Of a stretch of 64,000 bases of DNA, positions 24,848 through 38,101 are shown piece by piece (positions within the stretch are counted from its first letter, which is position 1; the number at the start of each line of letters is the position of its first letter). Position numbers and translations under genes: made by a program. This DNA is from Takakia lepidozioides (Eukaryota; Plantae; Bryophyta), in NCBI GenBank assembly GCA_030704615.1, contig CM060731.1:57908001-57972000 (forward strand), written 5' to 3'. The notes under the pieces were generated by a model. The model was not told the origin of the DNA, searched no databases, and saw only the letters and a list, made by a program, of their open reading frames with translations.

Positions 24848-25339
24848 TATGAACTTTTCTTTTGGTTTAATTCTAGGCCAAATTTGAAATGGGATGGTTG
24901 TGTGTCCTTGTTGTCCTGTTTGCAATGTGTGCGTGGAATTCACATTCATGGTTACAAACTATTGTTGGAGATGGGGGTTGCATGGACTGCCTGGATTGTT
25001 CCTTCAATCTATTTGGTGTTTTGTGGACCTCACAGACTTGAGTACATTGCGAAAACAAACAAACCACTTTGGTTCGTGTAGAGCATTCTCGCATCATTTG
25101 CTAGTTGGTCCCCAAACTATTCCTGCTAGAAGAATGGTTGGTGAATCCATCACGGTGAAGTCCACCTCATCAAAAACTGTTCAGGCATTCTCAATTCTAC
25201 CCACATCAACCCGCGGAAATAGGTGACATCCGCGGAAATAGGGACTGTTTGCATGCTGACGTGGCGTGAGCCTGTGCTGGGCTCACGCTTTCCTGGGCTC
25301 ACAGGCTCACGCCTCCGGGCTCACGGAATAGCACCCCCC

Positions 25340-28300
25340 CTTGATCTCTTCCCCAACCTTCTGTGCATACTTGGGATTCATCCTATACCTTGCATGTTTG
25401 ATTGGCACTGACCCTGGTTCCAATTCAATCTTATGTTGGCAGATCTCAGGTGGTATCCCTTTCAGATCCTCATAGCTCCAAGCAAATACATCTCTGTATT
25501 TGATAAACAAGCTCTTAGCTTCCTCAAAGAATTTTGGCTCCAAGTCAGCCCCTACTTTCACCATTCTTGGTTCTTCCTCAGTCCCCACATTCACTTCTCT
25601 CACCTGCTCCTCAGCTGTGATTGTCCATCCAGCCACTACTTCATCCTGTAAACTCACAGTGGCTGGTTCCTCTAGGATTTCTATTTCTCCCTCTCTTTCT
25701 TCATAGAAATGTGGTGGGTAACTGTTTGTTTCCCCCTCAATTGGTGTTGCTATTACTGCACCACAGCAGATACCTTTAAAGCAACTCAGGCCTCCCAATT
25801 GCATTTCTGCAACATGCTCCCACTCTGGGTGTGTAGCAAACAGTGTAGCTTCTTGCTCCTCATCAAGTCCTCCCCTCCAGTCATACTCCCTGACTCCACG
25901 AGGTCTTCTGGTAGCAGGTAGTCTACTAGATTTCTTAGTGGTGACCTGTATCTTGTGCTTCCCATCATGCACAGTCAATAATTGGGAATTCCAATCATGG
26001 AATACCCTGGCCTGTTTCAGCCACGGTCGACCCAGCAATAAGGAGTAAGCTTCCATGACATCATCCATTTTCAACACAGTCACTATGATCTTAAAGATCA
26101 TCTTCTGAATCTGTATCTTAACTCATCTTATCAAGCCTAATGGCTGTACACTCTGTTGATCCGCCATTGTTACTATGAATGGGGCTAGTTTCATGCTACT
26201 TAGACCAAGCTTCTGCCTTAATTGATCTGTCATAATATTCACTCATGAGCCTCCATCTATCAGTACATCAGTCCAAGTCTGTGCTTCCAATTCTCAATTG
26301 GATTACTGGCATAGAATCATCAAAGTCCATGACTGTTTCTCGCCCTTCAGGCTTCACATTATAACTTGTCACCTTGTTGTTCAAGTCTGTGTTCTCTGTC
26401 ACATGAGCAATCTGATTGATTGCTTGATACAGTCTGTGCCTATAATGAGGTGCCACAGCCAATAGCTGTCCAATGGTAATCTCAGCTTTGGACTGGCATA
26501 TTACTTCAGCCAAAGTCCCTTCACTTGTGCAGATTTTTACTTCACTTCATCTTCACCCTCTTCATCTTCTCTATCAAAGTCAGAAGAATCTGCCAGAGGG
26601 ATATCAGTATTCTTCTGCATTTCCCTTATGGTATCAGCCACTTCCTTGTGCAGTTCCTTCTCATCTCTCCAAGCCTCTTCATCTTCAGGCACATCACTGC
26701 CTTCTTCATTTGCATCTTCTTCCTCATCCATTGGAGGTATTAGTTTAGCTTTGCTTCTGGTCACTATCATTGTACTTACTTCTGGTACAAAACATGGCCT
26801 AACCATGTGAGCTGCCACCACTGGGCATTCATTCACAGGAGCTCTCATCTCATTCTGGTGTCTGATCTAGAATGGACAGGCTGCTTTGCGATGTCCTGTC
26901 TGATTACAATAGTAACACAATTCTTCACCATTGGGTCCACGCCCTTGGTCTATTCTGGGATTATTTCTATAATCTTGATTCCCTGGCTGATAATTCCCCT
27001 TGGATTACGCTGATAATTGCCTCTAGGATTGCCTTGGTAATTCCATCTTGGATTATCTCTTCCTGCCATACCATTGTTATAACCACCAGGCCTTCCATAA
27101 TGGTCTTGATCATTGTTTCTTCTTGGCTGGGGCTGCACTTGATGCACCCTCACATGCCTAGGTTCTCTTGCAGCTGTCCTTCTGTTATAATAACAATTCT
27201 CAGTAGAATGGTTATCCATTTTACAGATAGTACAGTGCTTCTCCTTCATGTGGCATTCAGCTATGGTATGGCCTTCATTCTGGCATTTTGCACACCAAAC
27301 ACCCTTCCTCCAATGTGTTACAGCCTCTGTGGCATACTTCTTCAAGATCTCCTCCAGTCTTTTCTCATAGTTGTCCCTCTTCAACTTTTCCTTCTTCTTG
27401 CTCTTTCTCTTGAGCTTTTGCTCTTCTTCCTCATCTGACTCGTCTTCAGAGTCATCATCATCTATTTTCTCTCTCCTGAGCATCCCCAATTGCTTAATTC
27501 TGTTGGCTGTTTCGAATGCCTCTTCCACTGTATTATGGGGTAGCATATCCACTTTCTTTTGTAATTCAGGTCTTAATCCACTCACAAACCAGGTCTTCTG
27601 TAACCCTGTGCTGGCACAACAACCAGCTTTTTCATCATCAACTCCATCTTTTCCATGTACTCTTCAACAGTTTCATGCTTATTTTGCTTTAACTCCCATA
27701 CACTTCATCCTCAGTTTTGCTTGTCCTGAACCTATTTCGGAATGTTGTACTAAGGCCATTCCAGGTTAGGAAATGATTATTAGGAAATCTTGCATACCAT
27801 TCACTTGCTTTCTTGATAAGTGAACAAAAAAACAGTTTCATCTTGGCATAAGACCAGAGAGTACATCACCCATACCAGAGTTGGATGCCACTCCTTCTTA
27901 TTCTTTACAAGAAAGATTAAGGGATTTGATAGAGGAAGAAGATCAGCCACGAGGGGAGAGATCTGAGGTACATCCCTGGATTCAAGATTTGACAGAAATC
28001 TTTGATCAAAGTTGGCATGGGACACCAAAAGCAGGAACTCCAGTTTCTGAATCACAAGACAAGGAAGGAGAGGAAGATGTGGCAGAGCCAATAGAGAGTT
28101 CAGACTCTCCAACACCACTCCAGTTGAGTTATATGAGTGAGGAAGAGGAGAACCAAGAGAAGAACTTGGAAGATGAAAACAGAGAGAAGAATTTGGAAGA
28201 TGAAGAGTATGAAGAAGTAGACCCAACAGTTGAGGTTGAGACTACAACCAGGACATCCCAACCTGTTGGACCTGGATCAAGTGGAGCACTTGGATCACAG

Positions 28301-29241
28301 GCCAACGAAGGTGTCGGCTCAGGGGGATCAGACGGGCAGCTTGGATCTGGCTCTGGGGGAATAGGGAGTGTGGGAAGTAGTGCAACTGGAGCTGGGAAAT
28401 ACTGTGAGTACAGAGGGGCCAGTAGAAGGGAGTGCTCAGGGCCAACACCTGGTGGGAGACCCACCACTACAACAGTAGGTCCTCAAGGACCAGCATCAAT
28501 AGGAGGACCAGCATCTGTCAGTGGGCAGGGTGTAGGGCCACAAATGGCGGTACCTCCAACACGGGCAAGACCACCTTTTCCAATATATGCAGGGAAATGG
28601 TGTGAGAGGTCCAGATGATTCCCCTATGTCAATTCCTCTCTCCAAAAGATATGGATAATTAGCTTTCAAATAACTTTCTCTTTTTGCTGAATATCTGTGA
28701 AGTCTAGCTTCTCTTTCATCACTTATGTCCCATGTCTTTCATATCTTCAATGAGGCAATAACCAAAACTCCCTTCTGTAGTATCTCTCGTATATGCCTGG
28801 ATTTCTCTCAAGCTTTAATGCACCCTTGGCTATACTAGAAGTCTCTGTTACCATATAACCATATGGCAAGCACGTCTGAAAAGCTGTTCTTGGTGTAAGT
28901 TTGATCCACATGATATCCTTAGGAATCCAATTCTTTACCAGTATAAGTTCTTCATGCATATGAGTGTAAACATTCACTTTCTGTTCCTCCCAGCCTTCAA
29001 ACTCCACTCGTTTGATGGATAGCAACGCTATCACATAAACCAGTGTTGGTAACCAACTTGCTCTCCCTCTACAAGCCACTTGATAAATCTTTATCACTCC
29101 TTTCTCCAGACCCCATTCAGAATCAGCATCATGCACTCTCTTAAGAGTGTTTTTTTTGCAACCGTCTAGCAATTCCAAGAATCTCTGAAAGAATTGCTTG
29201 GACAATCTTTCCTTCTCAGTTCCATAGGGAATTTGATTCAC
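25340..29241 (-). pseudogene. Gypsy gag-protease-RT 5' part
   Basis: Gag ASEWYARFP...TWNGL...ETVEEY; Zn knuckles CAKCQNEGHTIAEC and CTICKMDNHSTENC; protease VLIDGGS and LLLGRPWL; RT start YRDVFAWSYEDLKGIPPEICQHKI. Confidence 0.9.
27851..28619 (+). other. Internally inverted segment of the gag N-terminal region
   Basis: A + strand acidic/Gly-rich ORF ending RPPFPIYAG lies between two minus-strand gag-region segments. Confidence 0.7.
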
Positions 29242-29286
29242 ATCAATTTTTTCGATTCTCCATCCACCATGATCCCACTAGATGCC

Positions 29287-30238
29287 TGTCACATCTGGAG
29301 GTGGGAACTGCAAGATAGAAGAGTTGGATATCTCTAAGCACTCAGCCCGCTCAGAACAATCAGTCATGACCTACAGCTAGTGTACCATGGGGGTGTTTCC
29401 TATTTGTATTCCTTCTCGCATTCGTATTAGCACGTTACCTCACTGTCTATGTTTAATTATCAAATTGCTTCATCAATCTACCAGGTTCCAACCACTCATC
29501 CATTCATTCCACAGCTTCCCTCAGGTCTCTCTACACAGTGTGTGTATAGAATATGTATCAAATTAAGTTATATCAAGTAACAAGCCGGAGTCATGGTGCC
29601 TCTAATCTGCTCTACAGTATAACTCTACAGCTTGCATGAATCAAGCATCAACAGTTTGGGACTCTTCCTTCACTGTGCTCTCCATTTCTCAGCTCCAGAT
29701 CGTTCTCCCTCCCTGAAGGCCAATAACGTCACCCCCAAATGTCCCCCAAGAAGTGTCCTTCATGTTGCTGCTCTGCCTAATTTATCTGCAAGCTGTTCTA
29801 ACCGCCTAACTAACTAACTGTCACCCAAGAAATAAGTACGTTCCTTCTGCAGATGTCGTTCCCACACAGTCGTTCCCTGCTAATGATAATTGTTCCCTAT
29901 GTACGCTGTGACGGACTGTGCCAAGCTGTGTCGGGCTGTGACTGGCTGTGTCGGACTGTGTCGGGCTATGTGAAACTGTGCCAAGCTGTGTCGGACTGTG
30001 GTTGACTGTGTCGGGCTGTGTCGGCTGTAATATGTGATAGACTGTAAGGCTGTGATAAGCTGCATAAGGCTGTGTCAGACTGTGTCTAACTGTGTAATGT
30101 TGTGACTGACTGTGTCAGCCTGTCTACCACCCCTAAGGCCTATGCTGGTCCAAGTCTACCATTCGTAAGTCTGTGCAAAAATTAAGGGTACCCCACAGAA
30201 CCCATAAAAGTGTCTAAGTCCCAGACAACCCTCTAACA
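29287..30238 (-). repeat. 5' LTR of the gypsy element
   Basis: Matches 2848-3854 except for a ~30-bp deletion after the TGTC terminus and small indels; followed by TSD TACTC. Confidence 0.92.
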
Positions 30239-31289
30239 TACTCCTAGATATTTCTTCAGGCAATTTTGTCTGGTTCTTCTCTACTCCCTACGGGGTGTGC
30301 CTGTGTAGGGTTTCTATCTCTCCACTCAGAAGATTGGTTCTTTTTCTGTAGGGATGATGGTTCGACTATCACTGCTCACAGTGAGTGTACCTCCATGGTG
30401 TATCAATGGGGTTTTAATTTTTGTCACCACAATAATCTTAATAAAATTCTGTCAGGGCCTTTATCCCCTGTTTTATATATATATATATATCAATCATTGC
30501 TCCAAGAAAGCACACTTTGCTATTTTTTCACAAATTTCCAGCGACCAACAGTACTTGAAATTCCATATCTCCCACACCGTAGGCCCAAAAATTAAGTCGG
30601 TTGCACCCCTCCTCATCGAGGGCTTTCCAATGGTTCCAAACACCATGGCTGGCCCACAGTTCTGGAGATCCAACGCTACAAAAGAACACAAACAAACTAC
30701 CTTGCTTCATATATTGATTATTATTATTTTTTTGGCCCTCAACAAGACTTTATTTAGAATTATTGAGGGGAAAAAAATTCAAACTTGGTTCACCATAAGG
30801 CACACACTGCACTGATGGCGATGATTGGCGAACATAACCCCTAGAAAGAGGGATGATTTACTTGAGTCGGCATAGGCACAAGGCTCGCCCATGGGCTGGA
30901 ACCAGTAATGGAGGAGATAGCCGCATCAACTCTCCATTTTTTTTTTCATTTTTGAAAAAGAAAAAGAAAAAGAAAAAACACTTGTGAGCTACTGTTCACA
31001 AATCAAGCCCTTAGACTCAATCTTAAATAATATTAAAAATCAAAAATTTAAAAAAATCCTTCATTTCAATGAGATGAAAGACCAACCTTTTTCCAAGTAA
31101 TCTAATAAGAGTGACAAGTCCAATAGGGTCAAGGGCACATTCCAGGGAATGAGAAGAATATAGTACAACCCAATATGGTAGCAGGTTTCGAGCCCAGAAT
31201 CAGTAGGTGACACATAATGCACTATTGGTAGTAATAGTTAAAGATGATTGGGCTCTGCATTTTAATTTACATGGTTTTTAATTCATCCC

Positions 31290-32040
31290 TTGGCGGGTTT
31301 GCAGTTCGATCCAGGAGAATGGACGTGGATGGATTCTGAAATATTCCCCTTTTTTTGCTTATTCTGCGAAACTTGGGTATTCCTTCAGATGGCCAAAGTA
31401 GTCCTTCATGCAGAAATGGCAAAACAAGTGGGGGAACATCATTTGGGGGCAAGGTGTTTGGAAACAAATCTGGCAAGACATCTGGAGGAAAGACAGATCA
31501 TCTGCAAAAATTTCAGCCTTCTTGTGGAAAATTGTGCATAGAGTTCTGCCTGTCAAGATGTCCATAGATGAGGATAATCCTCTCTGCCCTGTCTGCTTAG
31601 TCTTACCTGAATCCTTGGAACACTGCTTGTTTCATTGTTTGGGCTTGGGCAAGAGTTTTGCTGTTGTACTCGAATTGGCAAAGACTGCCCGCCTCTCCTG
31701 CTCCCACCCTCCCCTTGCTAAACTACCTGGAAGGTAATGCCTTCATTAATTGCCCTGTGTGGGCTTGTCTGGGGGCATGTGTAGCTTGTGGAACCTCTGG
31801 AAAGCTAGATGCTCTTGGGTTTATGAGGGTAGACCCCCCAGCATCAGATCAGTGTTATTCATCATCTTCATTCATCTGATGACTGAGGGGAAAAATGTTT
31901 GGTTTTCTATTTGTGCAACTCTTCCCCAAACTTCAGATCAACACATGGGTCAATTGCTGAAGGACTTCGATGTGTCCTAGGGCAAGAGCGGCTTACCCTG
32001 CACCCGCACTTCCAACTCACATGTGCAATGGAAAGACACC
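31290..32040 (+). mobile_element. LINE ORF2 3' remnant (zf-RVT)
   Basis: KISAFLWKIVHRVLP...CPVC...ESLEHCLFHC followed by SLWNLWKARC. Confidence 0.8.
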
Positions 32041-35000
32041 ATCCCCGCACAATGTGAAATCCCTAATGGAGGGAGATGAGGGTGATTTCAATTGGCACGC
32101 GAATGAGCTAGGGATCAGAAATTCAAGATGCAACTAAAGTTCTGATTCAGCATAGTCTCACATATGTTTCGAATCTGCACTTGTCTGGCATGAATACTCC
32201 AATCATGTGGGATATGATCCATCTCAGATAGAATCAGCTCAGTGATTTCCTTTTTCCTCCCCACACACATTCTCTTCCTCGCTTTTCTTCTATTCTTTTG
32301 CTCCCACTTTAGATAATTATGTAATAGAGAAGTTTCCCACTAAGCTTTTGCTGGTTTTGAGTCTCCTAGTTACGGGGTAGTTTCCCCACCGGAAGCCTTC
32401 AAGGCCTACCTAATGGTTATTTTTTCCACCAAACTTTCATTGTACTCCTTGGACATTTTTTAAGTCCACCTGCTAAAGTTAAACGAGGCCACCGTCCCTC
32501 ATTCTTTTTAAAAAATAAAATAAAATAAAAATTAGTAATTCTCTAATCACTTTTTCAGTAGCTAGAATCTTACTATCCAAAGTGTTTAGTAGTCGTAGCC
32601 TTTGGATAGTAGTCGTAGCCTTTACATGAGGTTGGGTAACGTGTGAGCACGCTCACGTTGGGCTTACGTGAGCAGATAAGCATATTATGTATATTCCCTA
32701 TAAATCCTAAGAATATGTGATAACAAAACCAAATGGCACTCACGCGAAAAATATTACGAAATTATCCAAAATCTCATGAAAACTGTGCTGAGCAACAAAA
32801 CCTATGAAACTAATTGTCTAAAGTTCAACTCACGTAAGCACAAACTACCACAAATATTTGTGCTAGAACTCAAAGGTCAGCAAACGTAAACAATGTGGCA
32901 TTAAAAACGCAATATATGATTTTTTACAAATATATGCTAAAACATATGTGTGTACAATATCCCCAATAACCACCCAAAAACAGGGTTTCGTCAACGAAAT
33001 TGGTTTTTTTTTCCTTTTTTCTTCCTAGATTTTCTCTCTTTCAAGCTCTAGTTTCAGGCGATCAAATATGTCACATAAGTTTTCTATAGGTTGAAATTAT
33101 CTTTACAGAGCATATGGTTCTTTTCTATATGTTTAAAATTATATTCACACACCTTGTAGACCATATTAACGCAAAAAGACCCTATGTCCGTCTATGATAG
33201 GGCCCCACCCTTGAAAGAGGGTAGTAGCCGCAAGGCGAAGTGACTCTTAGTTAGGTTGGCTTTGGCTGGAGTCCTCTTCTTCTTTTGATGTATTTTCGCT
33301 TGCATAAATATCACCCCCATAACATGGATTCTACTCACGCGGGTTTTATTTTCTACCCATGCCGTTTCTGCTTACGCTGTGCTCATGCCATACCAATCCC
33401 CCTCTTACATTATGAAGATTACGGTATATAAGTATGACCGCGCACCGTAACTGCTTCAGTCAAGGGCCTATGACCTACATATGCATCCCCAAGAGTGCAC
33501 ATTTTGGCCATTTGGCTGAGGATTATTCGATAAAACCCTCAGCTTGTTGGATATAACTCAGGCTGATAAATGAATGTTGGGACAAGGACCCAACCAAAAG
33601 GCCCAATAGCTTTTCTAGTTGCAAGGTTATTGTATATATGTGTTTGTGCGTTCTTTTGTCAATTGAATAAGACTAGACTCAATGTGATTTCTTTTTCATT
33701 TTTCTAAAATGGGCCACATGGAAATTCTAAGTAACATCCATGTGGCGAGATAACGAGGTGGCAAGGTCTCTTTGATGAAAGTAACCTATTGTATGGTACT
33801 ACTAATCTAAGTCTATTGGCTCCAAAACCACCCATCAACCTTGGTATGTAAACTAGGTTTGTTCTTCATCAACCCTAGTCTGGTTTGCTTGAGAGGTGCT
33901 CGAGAGGTTGCTAGTACTCGTGAGGTTGAAGAAATAGATTTTTGTTTCTACTTGGTGCGAGGAGTAGTGACAGGATGAAGGATCGACGTCGAAGAAGGGC
34001 GTTCGTGTCGGTGCCAATGCACAAGACATTGGACAAGGTATTTCGCACCTATGCACATGAGCGTACTAGCTTTGGATGAGGTTTTTGTGGGAACCCTTCG
34101 AGACTTCGCAGATGGGTTGTAATTTCCACGTGATGTAGTTTCCATTTGTTTTGTGTTGTTGTGTTGGATCCGTCGACGGAGCTGACTTCAGCTGTTGCGG
34201 AATCTTGTGGGTTTTGTGTAGACTCAACAGCCGAGTAGTTGTGATTTGGTTCACCGCTTTTCGACTCCGGTTGTTGTTGCCTCCTTGTCATCGACACAAT
34301 TCGGACGCACTCCCGCTGCACGCCGTGTGGTCTTAGAATTGCCGCGTACCGCATAAGCAGTGCTTCAGACCCGCATTCTTCATCGTCGCCGCTAGGTGTC
34401 GGAGAGCCGTTGGCAACTATGCGCTCTTGGTGTGCTCTTGATGCGCTCTATTCCTCTGCTTGAGGGATCAGCAGCCAGGTACCGAATTCTATATGTCTAC
34501 AATACTGGATCGAGTCATCCTCAACTATCACCTTGTGCTTTTCGCAGTTCTTGCGTTGACACCCTGTACCCTTGGTGGAATCCACATATATCGGGCACCG
34601 TTCAATAAGAGGACCACATCCAGTAGCTGAATCTTCAAGCTCCACTACTTGGACAATAGTTGGAGATCACCATATTTGTCTTTTAAAGTGTTTCTTGTCG
34701 AGGTACCGTTGGCTTCTTACCAACTTCTACCAGTGTCTAATCATAGGTAGAGATTTGAAATGATTCTTGTTCAATTTGAAGCAAACTGATATAATTATGT
34801 GCCAAGTTATGCAGGTGTGTCCTCTAGGAGTGCCAGAGGAATGGAGGACAAGAGTATGCCAACATGGCTTAGGCACTGCTGACTGCTTCAACTGCAGCTT
34901 GCCCACCCCTCCCATTGACTGCTCTTCATGTTTAAGTCAGTGATCCTTTTCTGACAAATGGTTGAGAAAGTTTTAATTGTGAAACTTACATCTTTATAGT

Positions 35001-35854
35001 TATAACAGCTTGCAACAACCTTGAGTGGTGAATTGGATCCAACACAAAGAGCACCTGACACAATTCTCATGCTTTGGACCATGGAACCCTCATCAGGAGG
35101 GTACGCTGGTGCGGGAATTCCCAGTCACGACCATCTGGCATTTGAGAGGGGTTGAAACGTTGATTTAGTGCTGAAGTCGCAAACTTTTTCAAAGGAGCAA
35201 AAGTGCCCCTCACACTTCCATGAAATCGCAGATTTATTGAGTAGAATTAATGACGCCTCATGTGAAACTATGCAACGTATTTTTCCTGTTAACTCATTAT
35301 ATGAGGTTGTTATTACTTCAGTTGAGCAGTGTTGCTGATCCAGCTCTGCGACCCCAGTCCAACAGCATGCACTGCATGACGAATCAAGAATTTGGTGATT
35401 CCTGACTTAAGGTCAGATCATGGATTGGACAATCAAGGATCAGTTCTATCTGTCAGATGGTTTAACTGTACACATTTGTGCGATTGAAAATCAGTTTAAA
35501 AGGCCATCCTGTAGTACTTGACGCACCATCTCTGAAAATGAACTGTCGACGTTTTGTGCTGAGATCTGAATCCGGGTGTAGTATGCCGGATAGTGTGGTT
35601 GTACAGTAATTTAGGAGTGAACAAGTTAGTATTCAGCGTTGTGTGAATAATAGTCTTAGGTAAATATTCTGCTTATTCTGACTCCCGATCATTTAGTATT
35701 TAACCAAAAAACGTGTTGTCAAAATTTTATTATTATTCTTCATGTGCCAAAATCTGCAGTAATTCGAATTCCACTCCCGCAAATACTTATAAACTACCAC
35801 TGAGCTATTCACATTCATGTATGCATTGTGGACTTTTATATTATATACGACGAG

Positions 35855-35964
35855 AACTGTCACAACAGCAGAAATTCCAAAAAGACTACCACACCTCTTC
35901 TTCAAGAAAATTTAATTATTCCGGCACAGCCCTGACAAATAGCATGGGCAAGTACAATATCTAG
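35855..35964 (+). repeat. Possible Helitron 3' end; second copy at ~41935-42030
   Basis: Shared cttcttcaagaaaa...ccggca..gccctgacaaatagcatgggcaa; GCCC...GGGC hairpin followed by CTAG|T at 35961-35965. Confidence 0.5.
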
Positions 35965-36788
35965 TTATGTCAATTACTACTATTCAATGAAATTAATAAA
36001 TTATATACATACAGTTTAGTCTGATTCTAATATGCAAATATATTTTATTTACTAAGCAATTAATAATTCATTATGAACCAATTGATTCATTCATTAGTCA
36101 TACTTAGTCATAAGAGTCATAACACGACCATTACATGATAGGTCTATTTGTTGTAACCAACTCTTTACAAAAGTGTGAACATATCTTCCTATGTAGCTCA
36201 ACTCCTTAATTACATTGCTATGCATTGAACACGTTTTGCTTTTCAATAGCAAGGACAAATCGCAAGCAGTGGTGGGATAATGGACCAAATGCTTCAATCA
36301 CATTCAATTTAATTTTGAGCTCAATGATCTATTTGTCTTTGAATCACATGTTGCAAGAAAATTATAATGTATAAATCATGGATGGTAAGTTAAAAGATGT
36401 AATTAATGAAATATAATTACTTAAACATAGATATAATTAACATATATATAATATCAAATTTGATGTTTTACCCTAATTTTGAAGTGATATAAGGTTATTA
36501 ACTAGTATGGCATTTTTCACTAAGTATATTTGCATACATTGATGTGTGAAACCATCTATTCTAGATCATCTCATAAATGAAGATAGCACAAAGTAACGAC
36601 TATTTCCACATTACTTCAAGATTGAGACTTTATCAATTTAGGTGCAGGGTTTTTATTTACTTTTTTGACCCAAAATTGGTTAATAGATTTAAACCATCAA
36701 ACACTAGTATGATCGCAAAGTGAATAAGTTTGTGCAATAGTTTGGAAAAGACATAAAAGATTGGTCTTTTTTAGGAAGATACGTAAGC

Positions 36789-37467
36789 ATGAACCTAGAG
36801 GATGGTGGACCTAGATCCAATCCGAGGAGAGCAGCAATGGAGGACTATGGTGCTCGGCCCGACGTACATGATTTGATGTCACGATTTATGACCGATATGT
36901 TATGCACACAACCTGATGGTACACATAGTGCTTTGTTTTACTTGTGCTTTTTGTGAAGAGAGTATAAATTATTGCAATGGTTGTTTTTAGTCTTGTTTAT
37001 ATTTTTCTAACTATATACAAAAAGACAAACATGTAATTAGTGATTCCATGTTTTTGTGTAAGCAATTTGCAGCTATAATTTGGAAAAACAAAAAAGTTTG
37101 CTGGACTTTGCTCAAATATATTGGGACAGATGCATTGGAATTTATGTCAAATTGGGCTCAAAAAGAGATTGCTGCAAAACCAAAGCCCAAGCCACAAGTC
37201 AAAGCATCACCGGTATGTTTGTTCTTTTGTATGAAATATAATGTAAAATTAGAATTTAGTTTGAATAGTAAATATTGCATCAGGCTTATGAGATAAATTT
37301 GATTAGACTACATATTGCAGAAGTTATTTATTAACTAACCATTTATAAAAACAATCCACTTCTATCAAAAGCTAGTTGATTTTTTATTTTATTTTATTTT
37401 ATTTTCTTGTTTAACACATTGACAATAACCAATGTAATCATATACATTTCTTTTTCAGAGTAAATGA
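36789..37467 (+). CDS. Small (~73 aa) RIIa/Dpy-30-type dimerization-docking domain protein; exons 36789-36918, 37130-37212, 37459-37467
   Basis: Spliced product ...MEDYGARPDVHDLMSRFMTDMLCTQPD|DALEFMSNWAQKE... fits the D/D consensus (Y...V..LL..F...L...QP.D...F...W). Confidence 0.65.
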
Positions 37468-38101
37468 GAGTATTGCGGACTAGATTTTTCGGACGAGAAG
37501 ATATGGATGAGAACAATGAGATCTATTTTCAGTATAGATTATCTTATGTACAAGCAAAAGTAAAACATTGTTGGGCAACTGTAATAACGGAAACTCTTAA
37601 TTTGTGTTTGCTTACTTTTTAAATGTATAGAGTAACTTGTTTGCTCAAGAGACTTCATCAATTTTCAGTGTCCACAATATATGTTCAAGTTGTTATCAAA
37701 AATAGCATGAGAATTTTTGAGATTTATCTGCAATGTATTTTTAAATTATAATATCTTCAAGAATTTGCTTAACCTCAATCAAATTTTCAAACCAGTCATG
37801 TTACAACTCTATAAATCTATTCGAATTGGATATTTTAGTCAACAATTCATCATAATAATCTCAACCTACTTAGACATCCAAGGATATTGGATAATTTTAT
37901 AGTGTATTATTTTATTATTTGGTAAAAAAAATTATTTTTATCTCAATTTATTGGTAATTAAAAAGTATGTATATCCCGCTTTTTCCAACAATTAAATTAT
38001 GACATATATGATGTTTTCTTTACCATCCATATTTTTTTTCTTTCTTTTTTTGGTTTCCAAGGAAACACCACCGCAACTGGGCCTTCAGGGGGGAAATAAA
38101 C

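Larger units (their letters stand above)
13448..25339. mobile_element. Mutator-like (MULE) DNA transposon, 11.9 kb, two divergent genes
   Basis: 9-bp TSD CTTGATCTC (13439-13447, 25340-25348); removal restores host RT in frame (KVGEEIK|KLAEAKFIYP); ~43-bp imperfect TIRs built from CGTGAGCC motifs; DDE+SWIM transposase. Confidence 0.93.
2848..30238 (-). mobile_element. Ty3/gypsy LTR retrotransposon, full-length but decayed, hosting two nested DNA transposons
   Basis: Direct repeats 2848-3854 and 29287-30238 start TG and end CA; 5-bp TSD TACTC at 2843-2847 and 30239-30243; minus-strand order gag-PR-RT-RH-INT; PPT next to the left LTR. Confidence 0.95.

Noticed and set aside
29265-29286. Primer-binding site (minus strand GGCATCTAGTGGGATC)
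   Set aside because: The position is right, but it lacks a clean TGG start and I cannot assign a tRNA.
30485-30720. Possible Helitron/MITE-like repeat
   Set aside because: Single copy in the window and termini not demonstrable.
33850-35350. GC-richer segment with short ORFs
   Set aside because: No recognisable domain or consistent exon chain.
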